The notes under the pieces were generated by a model. The model was not told the origin of the DNA, searched no databases, and was given only the letters and a program-made list of their open reading frames with translations. 64,000 nt of DNA from Octopus bimaculoides (taxonomy: Eukaryota): the NCBI RefSeq assembly GCF_001194135.2, contig NC_068982.1:25425597-25489596 (forward strand), written 5' to 3'. Both the position numbers and the translations under genes were made by a program. Of the stretch, positions 1 through 12,600 are shown piece after piece (position 1 is the first letter of the stretch; every line of letters begins with the position of its first letter).

Positions 1-9
1 TCTCTCTCT

Positions 10-44
<35 letters not shown>

Positions 45-101
45 TACACACACATACTTGCGCACGCACACATCTACCCCCTCTCTCTCTCACTCTCTCT
101 T
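1..101. repeat. (TC)n/(CA)n microsatellite tract
   Basis: Directly visible dinucleotide repeats. Confidence 0.9.
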
Positions 102-782
102 TCTTATTCCAACTTTTTTTTAGCCAAGCATTTATTTTTCCAGTAACCGTATGCTTTCAACACTGATAAAGTCTCGTAACATTTTTTTCTCAAGCAAACA
201 TAGCTTATTTTATATAGATTTACTTATATATTTCCTACAATACTCATCTCCCAGGTATCTTGGGTTTCTTTTCGGATTGTTGAAAGCAGGATTATAAATT
301 ACAGATAAACACAACTTGTGTTACATTGAGAGGAATGAGGAGAGCATTTTTAAGCATTTTCTTCGTATTTTTTTATTTCATTTTGTGGTGAGTTAGTTCT
401 TGGCTGTGAGGCATTCCTATGAATTTTTACCATTCCTTGAGATACTTTAATGCGTGTTACAAGTTTACAATACTTTATTTCCAACAGCAATTCATGGAGA
501 ATAAATTTAGTTTTTTAAGTTAGACCTTACTCTTTCCATATACCGCGATACTATCGGAATTTTTTGTCCATAAATAGGATTCAGGCCTTCGGAAATTATT
601 ATGGGGCCATTAGTTTCATAAAATAGCTTTATCATAAAATATTGTCGCGATGTCAAAGATGACGAATTATTTTAAAGTTGTTATTTTCTTATAAATATCT
701 TAAAACTATTTGCATAGTAGATAAGAATACATATCTTTTAAACATAAAAATCATAGAATTGGGCATATTCTTTTTTACTCTA

Positions 783-905
783 GGCACAAGGCCCGAAATT
801 TTGGGGGAGGGGACCAGTTGATTAGATCGACCCCGGTACGCAACTGGTACGTAATTTATCGACCCCGAAAGGATGAAAGACAAAGTCGACCTTGGCGGAA
901 TTTGA
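783..905 (-). mobile_element. tRNA-derived SINE fragment (family A)
   Basis: Contains ...tttatcgaccccgaaaggatgaaagacaaagtcgaccttggcggaatttgaa, which is the reverse complement of the sequence at 63545-63700. It includes a B-box-like TTCAAATTCC on the minus strand. Confidence 0.75.
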
Positions 906-1348
906 AAATTGTGCATATTGTCGAATATCGAATAAAAATCATCTACATGGGAATAATTTTTAAAGCTAGGTGCAGAATAAGTAAGACGAATATGGTAGCT
1001 CAGTAATATCTTAAAAAATTAATTTTTAAAAATCAACAGATTAAGGGCAAGCTGCCATCACCACCAATCCAGTCCCCAAAAGAAAATTTCTTTCATGACC
1101 CTAATCAATGCTCCTAGCCAACATACGATCTGTGTTGCATCCTTTAGATGATGAATCTTATCAATATTCATATTCTTAGCCACTTGATATTTTCACATTT
1201 GATTCCCAATTCTGATGATTTTTATATTTTGCATTTAATTATTTCTTTGTATAACAGTGCTCAGTTGTTTAGTAAATATTGCTTTCATTATTTTATCACA
1301 GTCATAATTTCTTTCTCTTAAAACAAATATCAAGGTAGTCCAACTACG

Positions 1349-1440
1349 GAGGGGATGCAGTTTGTCAAGTTTTACCTTCCCCTCAAAGCCCATTTGTAAG
1401 CTTTGCAGTATGAACAAACATTATCAAAGAGACTCCCTGC
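1349..1440 (-). pseudogene. Possible Helitron N-terminal remnant
   Basis: The minus strand reads AGSLFDNVCSYCKAYKW, then (frameshifted) GKVKLDKLHPL. This resembles the Helitron CxxC..KW...CC..GKV.L motif, but the CC segment is missing. Confidence 0.35.
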
Positions 1441-2051
1441 ATTATGTGGCTGTACAATATACAGGATAGCCTGTTCTTGAAAATTATTGAAACTGGCTTT
1501 CATTGCTAATCCTTTAAGAGAATTCTTCCTAGTTTGAAAATTTTTCCTCTGAACTCCCGCTGTAAATATTTGGTTTCGTCTCTCAGCACTTTGTTTGGTG
1601 ACCCTGGTGTTTCTGTTTGTATCTCACTGAAGTTTGGAAGGTTTCCTATTTGATATTGATTATCAATAAGCAGCTGAACAGTCATAGACATGACTATACA
1701 TTTTCAGTTGCATGTGTTTTTGGTTGCTCCATGTTGAATTGCAAATTTCTAATGTGATGTTTGTGTAATAACGAAATCAAACCTGGAGTGTGTGTGTGTG
1801 TGTGTTTATATTACAGAGACAGTGAATGTGTTTATATTAGAGAGACAGTGTGTGTGTGTGTGATAAAGAGAGAGACAGACAGAGACAGACAGAGACAGAC
1901 AGAGACAGACAGAGACAGACAGAGACAGACGGGGAGAGAGGGCATTGCAAACAATGAAATAAATATATGAAAAAATCGTATTAATAAAATCTCGTAAAAA
2001 ACTATCTTGTACCGAATGTCTAATTTTGTGGACTTGAAATATTTAATAATA

Positions 2052-3021
2052 TGCAGAAGACCTAACTGTGGTATATGCGTCAACCTAATTGAAGAAATCG
2101 AGTTCTCCTTTAAACAAGGTCAATGTTTAACAGTGAAAAACAACTTCACATGTGCTTAGGAAAACCTAATAACTATGCTAACTTGCTCAGGGTTTTGAAA
2201 GCAATACAGAGGCCAAATGCAAAACAGTCTATGCCAGAGGATGACCGTACATAGATCCCAGATCAAAATTCGAGAATAGAGAAAAATAGCATTAAGCGGA
2301 TACATCGACATTTGCCCAACTATTGAACAACACAACTTCAGAATTTTTCCCCTTTATAAATTCAGGTACAATGCAAACTATAGTCAGTGCATTAGAAAAG
2401 AATCATATTTTATCACGAAATATAAACCCCTTTTCAATGCGTCCACCACATATAACACTACTACAAGGGCATTAGAATGATACCCACGAAAATATTAAAA
2501 ATCGATATATTCAGAATGGTCACTACCCATGAATTTACTCAGAACAATTCCAATCACTACTATTGCAACAAAAGTTCACTTTTAGGTCACTTACCATTTA
2601 AGAGGATTCCACCAACATCCTACTTCAGTCATAACACTCACGTATTCTTATTAATCTTCTTCTTCTTCTTCTTCTTCTTCTTCTTCTTCTTCTTCTTCTT
2701 CTTCTTCTTCTTCTTCTTCTTCTTCTTCTTCTTCTTCTTCTTCTTCTTCTTCTTCTTCTTCTTCTTCTTCTTCTTCGCCTGCTGCTGTTTTCACTATCAA
2801 AATCTAGAACCAATATCTCTCATATTAACTTTTACTTCAGATCTGCTACTACCTACCGAGCCTTCACAAAAATAAAAAAGAGACAGAAAAAAGGAAAATG
2901 TCGTACCTATTTGAAGACTATGGAAATATAAAAAAAGAAACACATTTCATTTTATTTTTCCACAGTTTAATTGCTTTATTTTAAGTTGAAAAAGTCAAAA
3001 AGACTGAAACCGGTACTAAAA
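2052..3021 (+). mobile_element. Penelope-like element 3' part (copy A): Cys-rich linker, GIY-YIG endonuclease remnant and 3' region
   Basis: 2052-2442 translates CRRPNCGICVNL...KNNFTCA*ENLITMLTCSGF*KQYRGQMQNSLCQRMTVHRSQI...FRIFPLYKF...RKESYFITKYKPLFN. This matches the PLE GIY-YIG pattern with in-frame stops. It is followed by a (CTT)n tract and a hammerhead-like motif. Confidence 0.8.
2655..2776. repeat. (CTT)n microsatellite
   Basis: Directly visible; source of the poly-F and poly-R ORFs. Confidence 0.95.
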
Positions 3022-3059
3022 TTTTCTTCATATGTATAGTCGAGATTTGCAGAAAAACA

Positions 3060-3952
3060 AAAGACGAAGACAAGTGTATGAACAACAAGCAGGTGTGTGT
3101 GTGTGTGTAGAAAATGCTAAAACAAGGTAGAAAATGCTAAAACAATTTAATCATGTAGAACATTTTAGTATTGGTTTCAGTCTTTGCGACATCTTCGTAT
3201 GAAAAAAAATTAAATTATGGAAAAATTAAATGAAATGTTTTTTAAAAATATTTCCATAGTTTTCAAATGCAAGGGACATTTTCCTTTTTTCTGTCTGTCT
3301 GTCTGTCTATTTTTTACTCTTGTGAAAACTTGGTAGCAGGTACTAAGTACTAACAGTCCTAGAAGAAGAAGAAGAAGAAGAAGAAGNNNNNNNNNNNNNN
3401 NNNNNNNNNNNNNNNNNNNNNNNNNNNNNNNNNNNNNNNNNNNNNNNNNNNNNNNNNNNNNNNNNNNNNNNNNNNNNNNNNNNNNNNNNNNNNNNNNNNN
3501 NNNNNNNNNNNNNNNNNNNGGTGGAGGAGGAGGAGGAGGAGGAGGAGAAGAATACGGGAGCAGTATGATAGTTGTAGGATGTTGGCGGAAACATCTTGAA
3601 TGATCAAGTGACCTAAAAGTGACCTGTTGTAGTTGTTATAATAGCGATTGGAATTGTTCTGAATAAATTCATGGGTAGTGACTGTTTTGAATATATCGTT
3701 TTTAAAATTTGCATGGGTATTATTCTAAGGCCCTTGTAGTAGTTTTATTTGTGGTGGACACATTCAAAAGGGGTTTATATTTTGTGACAGAATATGACTT
3801 TTTGCTAAAGCGCTGACTACAGGTGCCGTCGTTCCTGAATTTATAGAGGGAAAAAATTCTGAAGCCGGGTTGTTTGTTAGCGGCACAAATGTCAATGTGT
3901 ATCAGCTTAATGTTATTTTTCTGCATTCCCGAATGTTGATCTGGGATCTATA
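3060..3952 (-). mobile_element. Penelope-like element 3' part (copy B), inverted relative to copy A
   Basis: The reverse complement of 3545-3950 aligns by eye with 2250-2650 (e.g. agatcccagatca, aaatataaacccctttt, cactacccatgaattt, cacttttaggtcactt). ORF 3720..3926 contains FRIFSLYKF...YSVTKYKPLLN. Contains an N-gap at 3387-3519. Confidence 0.8.
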
Positions 3953-6735
3953 TATATTAGCGGGGTGAGTCTGTACGTATGTGTGTGCATATATTTGCAT
4001 GCTTATGTTGGTTTTTACGTTAATTGTATGAATTTAATTCCGGCAAGCATTCTGCATATGAAATACAAACATTGCGACTCATATAATATACTAAGTTGAA
4101 AGAACTTCCTTAAACTGAGTTATAGGAGAGCTCAGCCTTCCAGCAGGCGACAGATCTCACAAATAACGATATTGTATGGTAAATAGAATTAGTTAAATAG
4201 TTATTCTACGACCATTAACAACTTTAGCATTTTGCTACAATAAGAAGCTATTAAAATATATTATAGTATGGTGATAAAAGATAAACTATTTCTTTAAGCC
4301 TTTGTAGAGAAAAGGACATTTGCCATAAACATTGCGTACTTTAGGTGCAACATTTAGAAGTACATTGAATAAAGTACACTGATTCACCTCACTCTACTAC
4401 ATTGCTATTTATTAGTTTAATAACTCTATAGCAATGGAAAGCAAAATCAATTCCTGAATGATATGAAGTCATGAATGTGAGGCAAAAATTATATGAAAGT
4501 AATGATATTTTACTTAATAAATCTGGCTCCAAGAATATGTCTTCAACTACGGCGATTGTTATTTATAACATAATTCCGTCACCAATATTTAGCAGTGTTA
4601 GGATAAAACACGAAGACAAAAAAATTCATAAATAAAAATATCATCTATTGGCTGTGTTTTATACCAAGAGAAATTCTATTTGATTCGTTTAGATTATTTC
4701 CTAAGCTGTAGTCAATACGGAATGAGACATCCAGTCGGTCGAAAGATCCACAATTTTAAACATGTTACTGGCGCTGCTCTGAATCCACAAATAAACCACG
4801 TAACTCTCAGAGATGTATTTCTCATATATATAGACAACCTTTAATACATTGTATCCCCGGCTTCATCTCAAGTGAATAGACGTGTGACCAAAGATTTTCT
4901 CAAACCTTGACAAGTCCGTTAAATTTTAAAACGTCTTATTTCAAGATTACATCGCATATGTCCTTTCTGTTTTTACGCAATGTAATATCATTTACAAGGA
5001 GACTTGAATGCTATTTCGCGTTGGTCAAGTGATCACGTAGAGATTCTCTTGCTCACCTGCCATAAACAAATATCTATAGCAGACACAGATAGATATCTAC
5101 ACAACTGACGTTTGTGTCATTTGCTTACCAAGATAGATTGAATGTCTTCCTTGGGTATAGATTGGTAAACCCTCAAAGAGAGATGTGTCCACCTTTTACT
5201 ATTTGAAACGATGACTGAACTGGTCACATATAAGTAAGAAGTGGAATCGAACCCTACAAATTGTCAATATTACCTCCAGTTGCATGATGAACCGACCACA
5301 CTGGCTGATTATTTGGACAATGATGAACCGAATTATTGAATATTTTACTTGTTTATCTAAATTCAAATTTAAATGGTGTTGATAATTACGTTTCAAAGGA
5401 GACGATCATAGCATGTTCGGTGGGGAGAGATTCAAAAAGAGAATTTTACACAATGGAGAGCATAGTAAAATTACGAGATCCTATCCTTTGATTCTAAATT
5501 TACTAGTCAATCAGAATCTTGATATATGTGTTTGTTTACATTAAATGTATGCTTACATGATATGCTTGTATGAATATATGCTACTTTCGAAATATAGGAG
5601 CAGTCATTCAATTGTCCAGCGGAGTGTCGATTTATTAACTTCTCCTCTTATTCGTCACAGGACTAAATGTAAATTCTTAAAAGACCATGACATACTTAAG
5701 AATAATTTGTTTATTTATATGTTAATATCACTAATAAAATTAAATGCATTCAATTTGGAATTTAATCAATAAGATTAAATGCCCCAAAATGTTGTACTTC
5801 TTAACAATTAGTATTGTTAACAGTTAGTATTTCACGGGAAGCTAATATTGTTCTTGATTTTGTAATTTGAATCCATAAATCCATAAGAATAGTGAGTCTC
5901 ATAACTGATAAATAACAAAAAATAAGTATGTACATTCTAATGTTTTACAATAACATATTTTCTGTGTTGTTATCAAACCACTACTTCAAGGAGTGTTTTT
6001 TGAAGTAGGCTAAAACTTTGAAATATGCATGGAACAAGGTTGAAGCTGAAACAAAAACAAGAAACATTATTGAAAGAAGCCAATCCTCTAAATCGATTAA
6101 TAGATGAATATGTCGTTCTATTCACAAATATAATAAACATAGCATTAATTCTATTTATATAGCTATTAAGACCTACAAAGAAAGCAACACATTTTTTTAG
6201 AATTGTGATATGATAGTTGTATTAAATGGGAACAATTGAGTGCAATTATGCGGTGTAGCCAATCCTGATAGATTTCTCTAATTCTTTCCTATGTTTATTA
6301 CTTATTTAATCGATTTGATCGATAAGTCTAAGTGCTCAGAGTCGAAACTAGCGTAATAAAAATGACATCTATTCGTTAGTTAATTGATCATCGCTTCTAG
6401 TGTCGACGCAAATATATTTTCTATCTCTCCTCCTTTACAGAATGAATTGTAGACTTTGAATCACATAGACTGGTTTATATGCATTCATGGTTCAAGTGTC
6501 TTTGAAGCTTTTGCTCAGATGTACATCATTAATGTGTAAATGGCGACAGACATGGATTTAGTTTTGTGCAAATCAAAGAGATAATCGTGATAAATGTATC
6601 CAATAATATCAGTAACTTCCTTTTAAAAAATGCTCTGTGAACAATTTATAATGTTGATGAGTCGATTCATATACATGTTTCTCTACAAAAGTGATTTATT
6701 AAAGGATTAATCTTATGGAAGTAGCAGGGCAATGC

Positions 6736-7380
6736 ATCAGGTCATCTAATAAGTTCTGAGCAAATTTTGAATAAAGAAAACAAGTGATCAAATGGTATAT
6801 TTAATTGAAATTTAATCATCAATGTACTTTCCCTGATTATCTATGACTTTCTTCCATCTATTTACAAGCTTTTTAATCCCGTCAATGTAAAACTCTTTTG
6901 GTTTCAAACCAAAGAACTCTGAAATATCAATTTCGACCTCCACCTGGCTTGCGAAAGTTATATCCCCCAAATGATTCTGTAAACTACGAACCAAATGGTA
7001 GTCTGAAGGAGCAAGGCCGGGAGAATAAGGTGAATGAGGAATTTTTTCCCAACCAAGCTCTTCGATCTTCTGTGATGTGATCTTTGCAGTGTGGCGTCGC
7101 GCATTGTCCTGATGAAACATCACTCCCTTTCGATTCACTAAAGCGGGTCTTCTTTTTCTTCAAAGATTGGTTCAAACGCTCTAATTGCTGACAGTAGACT
7201 TGACCATTGATTGTTGCATTAGGTGGTAACAATTCAAAGGGAATTACTCTTTAGCAATCCTACCTGATAGAGAGAAGAACCTTTTTCCCATGACGTTCCC
7301 TTTTCGGTGATGGTTGAGCTTTTTCCATCACTGTTGAACAAATGACCAACTCGAATAGCAGCGAGAAATTTTTATTCTAG
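6736..7380 (-). mobile_element. Mariner (DD34D) transposon remnant, 3' half with candidate TIR
   Basis: Translates FELLPPNATINGQVYCQQLERL and HQDNARRH...HSPYSPGLAPSDYHL...FYIDGIKKLVNRWKKVIDNQGKYIDD*, with frameshifts. A TIR-like atcaggtcatctaataagttc lies at 6736. Confidence 0.92.
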
Positions 7381-7381
7381 G

Positions 7382-7414
<33 letters not shown>

Positions 7415-7439
7415 CTAGGTATATATATGATATAAGGTA

Positions 7440-7690
7440 AAAAAAAAGACCCCTTCGGTCATGAATTACTATCGGACTGCACCTATAACGTCCTCTACCG
7501 AGGCACAAATCCAAGCAAGGTTATTTTTGTGGAAGTCTAGCAATCACAGATGCATACCATCCTCTCCTCTCCACCCCACCGATGTTATCCAACGGAAAGT
7601 TAAACGCTGATAAGGCTTGGCACCAGTGACGTCGCAACTTATTCCTACAACTGAGTGAACTGGAGTAATGCGAAATAAAATGTTTTGCTC
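7440..7690. mobile_element. SINE-like repeat fragment
   Basis: Its end (aactggagtaatgcgaaataaaatgttttgctc) resembles 29130-29165 (gcagagcaacgcgagatgaagtggcttgctc). Truncated by a gap. Confidence 0.5.
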
Positions 7691-7882
7691 NNNNNNNNNN
7701 NNNNNNNNNNNNNNNNNNNNNNNNNNNNNNNNNNNNNNNNNNNNNNNNNNNNNNNNNNNNNNNNNNNNNNNNNNNNNNNNNNNNNNNNNNNNNNNNNNNN
7801 NNNNNNNNNNNNNNNNNNNNNNNNNNNNNNNNNNNNNNNNNNNNNNNNNNNNNNNNNNNNNNNNNNNNNNNNNNNNNNNNNN

Positions 7883-7913
<31 letters not shown>

Positions 7914-8971
7914 GTGTGTGTGTGTGTGTATGTATACACACATACATACGTTTGTATGTGTGCGTGATGTGTATGCTCGTGTGAGCGTGTGTATAGGTGT
8001 GCATGTGGAAGTGTGAGTTGAATATGTCATTTTAAATTTCAAATGCAAAACAAATGTCAGGATTTCATATATGTGTAGCATTGTAACATGAACAAGCAGA
8101 GATATAATACGCTCTTATGATACAATTTGATGATTTACCATTCAAGTATATACTGTATCTAACACCTTGTGCAACATTACGAATCGGTGCTGAATATTTG
8201 ATCATGTAGTGCATGCATTTGTTCTATACTTGGCATTTGTAATGGCTTTTAAGAAACTCGAATAAGTGATAAAAGCTACATACGTTTGGGAGACTTGGCA
8301 ACTGATCGTTTGGCTTTTTAAATAACAGCTTCCAACTGTACCTTTTTACAAAATGTCAATAATTCTGAATGAAGTTTCTCAGAAATCTCTCTTGGGACCA
8401 GTACTTTTATTATAAATTTCTTGAACATCGACACTCGTATCCTGTATGCTACTATTAACGCTAGTGCAATGATGATCCAGAGTTCGGATGAAGTCAATAA
8501 CTTAAACATATAATACAGTATACAAGTGGGATGATAAAATAAACCGTACTCTTCTGTTTAAGAATATGTCGAGATTTTCATTAGAATAAATTGCTAATAA
8601 AGTCAAAACTATATACGAACTTAAGGCAACTATTTTAATTAACTACGTGGTCAATATCATTTAAAACCACAAGAAAACGAATCATTTTGCTTCTGTAGAT
8701 AACGTTATGTTATTTCTCATATCGATCAATACTAAAGTGGAATATATGCTGACAATGTACACAATGTTATGTACTTCCGGAAGTTTTAAGATTATAATTT
8801 CTGGAGCGAAGGAGCGCAATGAATAATACGCAATAAGTCATGTTAGAAATATCAGGGATATAGTGGCGTCAGATGTTGGCATTGAAAGATATGATAACCG
8901 TGAATTAGACACCATTTTTCCCAACTGCTAAAATGAAAAGCTGCAAAAGAACACAATAGTTACAAGAAATA

Positions 8972-9561
8972 TGTAGCGAACTCTAGTGAGCTTCCTCTCC
9001 TATATTACATAACTTACGAACCTAGCAGGTAACAGCTAACCTTTGGGCGTTGTTTTGGACCCCGTTGTGTCTACCATTCCGAGTGGTTGGTATTGGCGCA
9101 ATTTGTCTCTTTCTTTATTGCGCGCTAATATGCAACCCAACCAATCGCAGCCTTCAAATAAGTCACGTGAGACAGTCTGTTCCAAACAAGCGTTTGAGCC
9201 TATCATCAGCTATAAAAGCTCACCTCCTTCTAGTCTCACCTCCTTCCAGAGTTTCTAAGGTCTAACCACTGACTACATTACAGCGACCTCCATCTTCGTC
9301 GCTACCATAATGTCTCTCACCAACGTCGTGAGCTCCTCACCCAGGTTAACAACTAACATACAACCCACGCAGATGCATGTAGATATATGAATAAATGTAC
9401 ATCAACCACTTCCATTCAGCTTGTGTATATATACGTGTGACCACAATAAACGTATTTAAAGTTATCACCTTTGTACCATGTATTTTCTTTACCGCGTTAC
9501 TACCGATAAACTTATAGCCTTCTGAGTGGAGTCATATTAGATGGAACAGTAACCTATAACA
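8972..9561 (+). mobile_element. LTR of an LTR retrotransposon (probably Ty3/gypsy-like)
   Basis: Begins TGTAGC and ends ...ACA. Contains CCAAT (~9142), TATAAAAG (9211) and AATAAA (9445) in LTR order, and is followed by a PBS-like sequence. Confidence 0.6.
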
Positions 9562-9568
9562 TCTAAAG

Positions 9569-9585
9569 TGGTGACCTGATGTGAT
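9569..9585 (+). promoter_or_regulatory. Degenerate primer-binding site (tRNA-Trp type)
   Basis: TGGTGACCTGATGTGAT versus the complement of the tRNA-Trp 3' end, TGGTGACCCCGACGTGAT. The differences fall at CpG positions. It lies 7 nt after the putative LTR end. Confidence 0.6.
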
Positions 9586-10697
9586 GCGGACATTATCCAT
9601 CTAAAATTACATATTTTTTCTGTAACCTATCCTCAATCGTTTAAGATCGAATAGATTAACTATCTGTAAACAGATTCAAACAATGCCTGAAGATTTAAAT
9701 TTCGAAGACCGCTAATAAATATACTGAGTGTTATAGACAACGGTTAAGGTCGCGGCATCAGACTATCTTTCTGAGAGAATAGCAATCAAGGAACAAAGGA
9801 TGGGTTGCAGCAACATTCACGCTTGCATCGTATTGATCCACCCTGCTAACTGAAACAATTAAAAGATTAGAGCAGTTTCCGTTAACACAAATTTTAGTTG
9901 ATTTAATAAGGTGGACATTGAGTTGCAAAGAGGTTACCTGTTATTATTTCGTTAACGTGTTATCATTTTCAAAATAGACAAGCCTGACTAGTTGTAAATA
10001 TGTATGTCAAGTTAAAATAATATCTCAATATTACTGTTAATCCTTGGAACTGGTCTAACTTCAGCTAGACGTCTTACACAACACATATTATAAGAAGAAA
10101 AATAATCCACGATTCTCTCCAGTATTTTGTTATATAAATTGCTTTTTCTGCTAAATATAAAGAAAGGAATATATATTCTGATGTAATATCGGTTATCATT
10201 TAGATTCCAAATATTAAGGGAATGAACACAGATAACAGCTGAAGATATCAGTATCAATGTAGACATGAAAACGTGTTTTTTTTATAAACATAAAAGAAAA
10301 TGAGTGAAAAAAAAAGGAAAACCGAAATCAAAAAAAAATAAATAAATAAAAAAATCTCAAAGTAAAACAACTGTTATTAGAGCAACCGAAACTAAAAGGA
10401 AACATGAATAATAAATCTCTAGTTCAGTAGGAGAAATAGATGTTGTTATCAGTTACTGTAGCATTCTCATGAGTAAAATCTTCCTTCTTCTATGAGGTTT
10501 ACTGTCACCATAGCGTTGTTATCAAATATTTATTGAACTAAATCCGTCTCCAATAATTCTCTTGTATGCTTCCTCATGCATAGTTTATACAAATATGCCT
10601 TCCTGCTCTCCCTCAGTCTCTCTCCGCCTCCCTCTCTCTCCCCTCTCTCTTTCTTTCATTCTCTGTATTTATATATGGTTGTTTTGATAGACATACC

Positions 10698-10730
<33 letters not shown>

Positions 10731-10783
10731 TTATGTGTGTACACATACATATATGTCTGTCTGTATGAGTGTGTGTATGTATG

Positions 10784-10817
<34 letters not shown>

Positions 10818-11113
10818 NNNNNNNNNNNNNNNNNNNNNNNNNNNNNNNNNNNNNNNNNNNNNNNNNNNNNNNNNNNNNNNNNNNNNNNNNNNNNNNNNNN
10901 NNNNNNNNNNNNNNNNNNNNNNNNNNNNNNNNNNNNNNNNNNNNNNNNNNNNNNNNNNNNNNNNNNNNNNNNNNNNNNNNNNNNNNNNNNNNNNNNNNNN
11001 NNNNNNNNNNNNNNNNNNNNNNNNNNNNNNNNNNNNNNNNNNNNNNNNNNNNNNNNNNNNNNNNNNNNNNNNNNNNNNNNNNNNNNNNNNNNNNNNNNNN
11101 NNNNNNNNNNNNN

Positions 11114-11171
<58 letters not shown>

Positions 11172-11221
11172 CATATATACACACATACGTACATACATAC
11201 ATACATATACTTTTTATTAAA

Positions 11222-11416
11222 GCTGCAAAATTATCACTGAATTGTTACTCATAGTTTCACGCCCCTGTTCGACGGACAGTTGTGATGAATGTTGAATTAA
11301 AATCATGATTGTACATGTAATATAATGTTATATGATTTTAATTCAAAAATTATCACAAATGTATGACGAACAGGAGCGTGAAACTATGAGTAACAGTTCA
11401 GTGATAATCTTGCAGC
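11222..11416. mobile_element. MITE-like foldback element
   Basis: About 85-bp imperfect inverted arms (11222-11306 and 11332-11416, roughly 10 differences) around a 25-bp spacer. No coding capacity. Confidence 0.7.
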
Positions 11417-11649
11417 ATGAATAAGAAATGTATCACTGTACCTTTTGTATTCGAGTACCTTTTTTCCACTTTGTTTTGAACTTATGTGCTCACCTTTTTC
11501 TTTTTTTTTTTTTGTAGTTTCAACTCAGAGCTGCGGCCATGCTGACGCACCGCCGTCATGTATCTATCTCTCTACTGATATCTCTATTTCCCTATATATA
11601 AGTGAGTGTAAGAGTGTGTCTTTTAGTTTGTTTTAGCCATGATGACTGA

Positions 11650-12600
11650 TGACGTACCGACTCCTTGGATTCGGTGTGTACATATCAATGAACAATGTTT
11701 TGTAATCATATTGTTATTGCGTGCTTTCAATGCACTGCCGAGAGCAACTCAGTCTCCCTTGGATGTCAGAAAGGATTTGATCAAGTTTTCTCTATTGATC
11801 TATCACATAAAGAGTTCAGTAACACATATATGTGCAGTACCTAGCAATGCTATTTTGTTCATGCTGTGCCTATCTTAAGTTAAAGGGATCTGATAGTGTT
11901 TATATCTGCAACTTTGTAAATAATTCCCAAGACAACTAATTGTGTTTGGAAGGCTTCTGTTTCCAAGCTCTGCATCAGTGTTATCTTTATTTCCAGATCT
12001 CATATTTGGGTAATTTTTCTATTTCAGTTACAATTATATTTTCAACTCTTGGGTACTTCTTTCCTGGTTGACCTTGACAACATCCTAAAGAATATTCTTG
12101 ATCTCGCTGTCTGTGAGACAAAGCATATCCCAGTGTCCTGTCACTTTGTGAATGTCTGAGATATTTTACTGGTGTATTCTTATAACACTACATTGATAAT
12201 ATTTCATAATGTGGGCGAAATTTACAATTTAGTAAGATGACATATCTGTACATGTGTTCTTTCTTGTCTAAGTACCAAACCTTAGAGCAGCCAAAAAACA
12301 AGGTGGCAAACTGTTTCCTACCAACTTCTGTATATTTTGTACCAAGTTAATGCGCTCTGTTTAATTATATCGCCCTGGTGGTCTCTTCGTGGGTAGTCTT
12401 GAAACATGTTCTTTACAGTTAGTGCTGTAATTATTATTTTTTCCCAACCAGTGCAATGCTTTTCAAGCATTGAAAAAATAAGAGTCTTTCTTGAGATCAT
12501 TCTAGCATGGCATTGTGTAGTCCCATTTTTATATTGGATTTGTTTTTTTTTTTTCACAATTTCTGATGACTCATTTCGCTTTACAATTGTCTGTTAATTC
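11650..12600 (-). mobile_element. RLE-type (R4/Dong-like) non-LTR retrotransposon, decayed 3' end
   Basis: The minus strand gives WDML.LTDSEIK..L*DVV, then ENIIVTEIEKITQI*DLEIKI, then KIALLGTAHI. The 3' UTR gagttgctctcggcagtgcattgaaagcacg matches the copy at 34214-34505. Confidence 0.75.

Noticed and set aside
9311-9391. Short ORF MSLTNVVSSSPRLTTNIQPTQMHVDI downstream of a TATA box, as a possible first exon of a host gene
   Set aside because: The region is better explained as the inside of an LTR (TG...CA ends, polyA signal, PBS). There is no strong splice donor and no recognisable homology.
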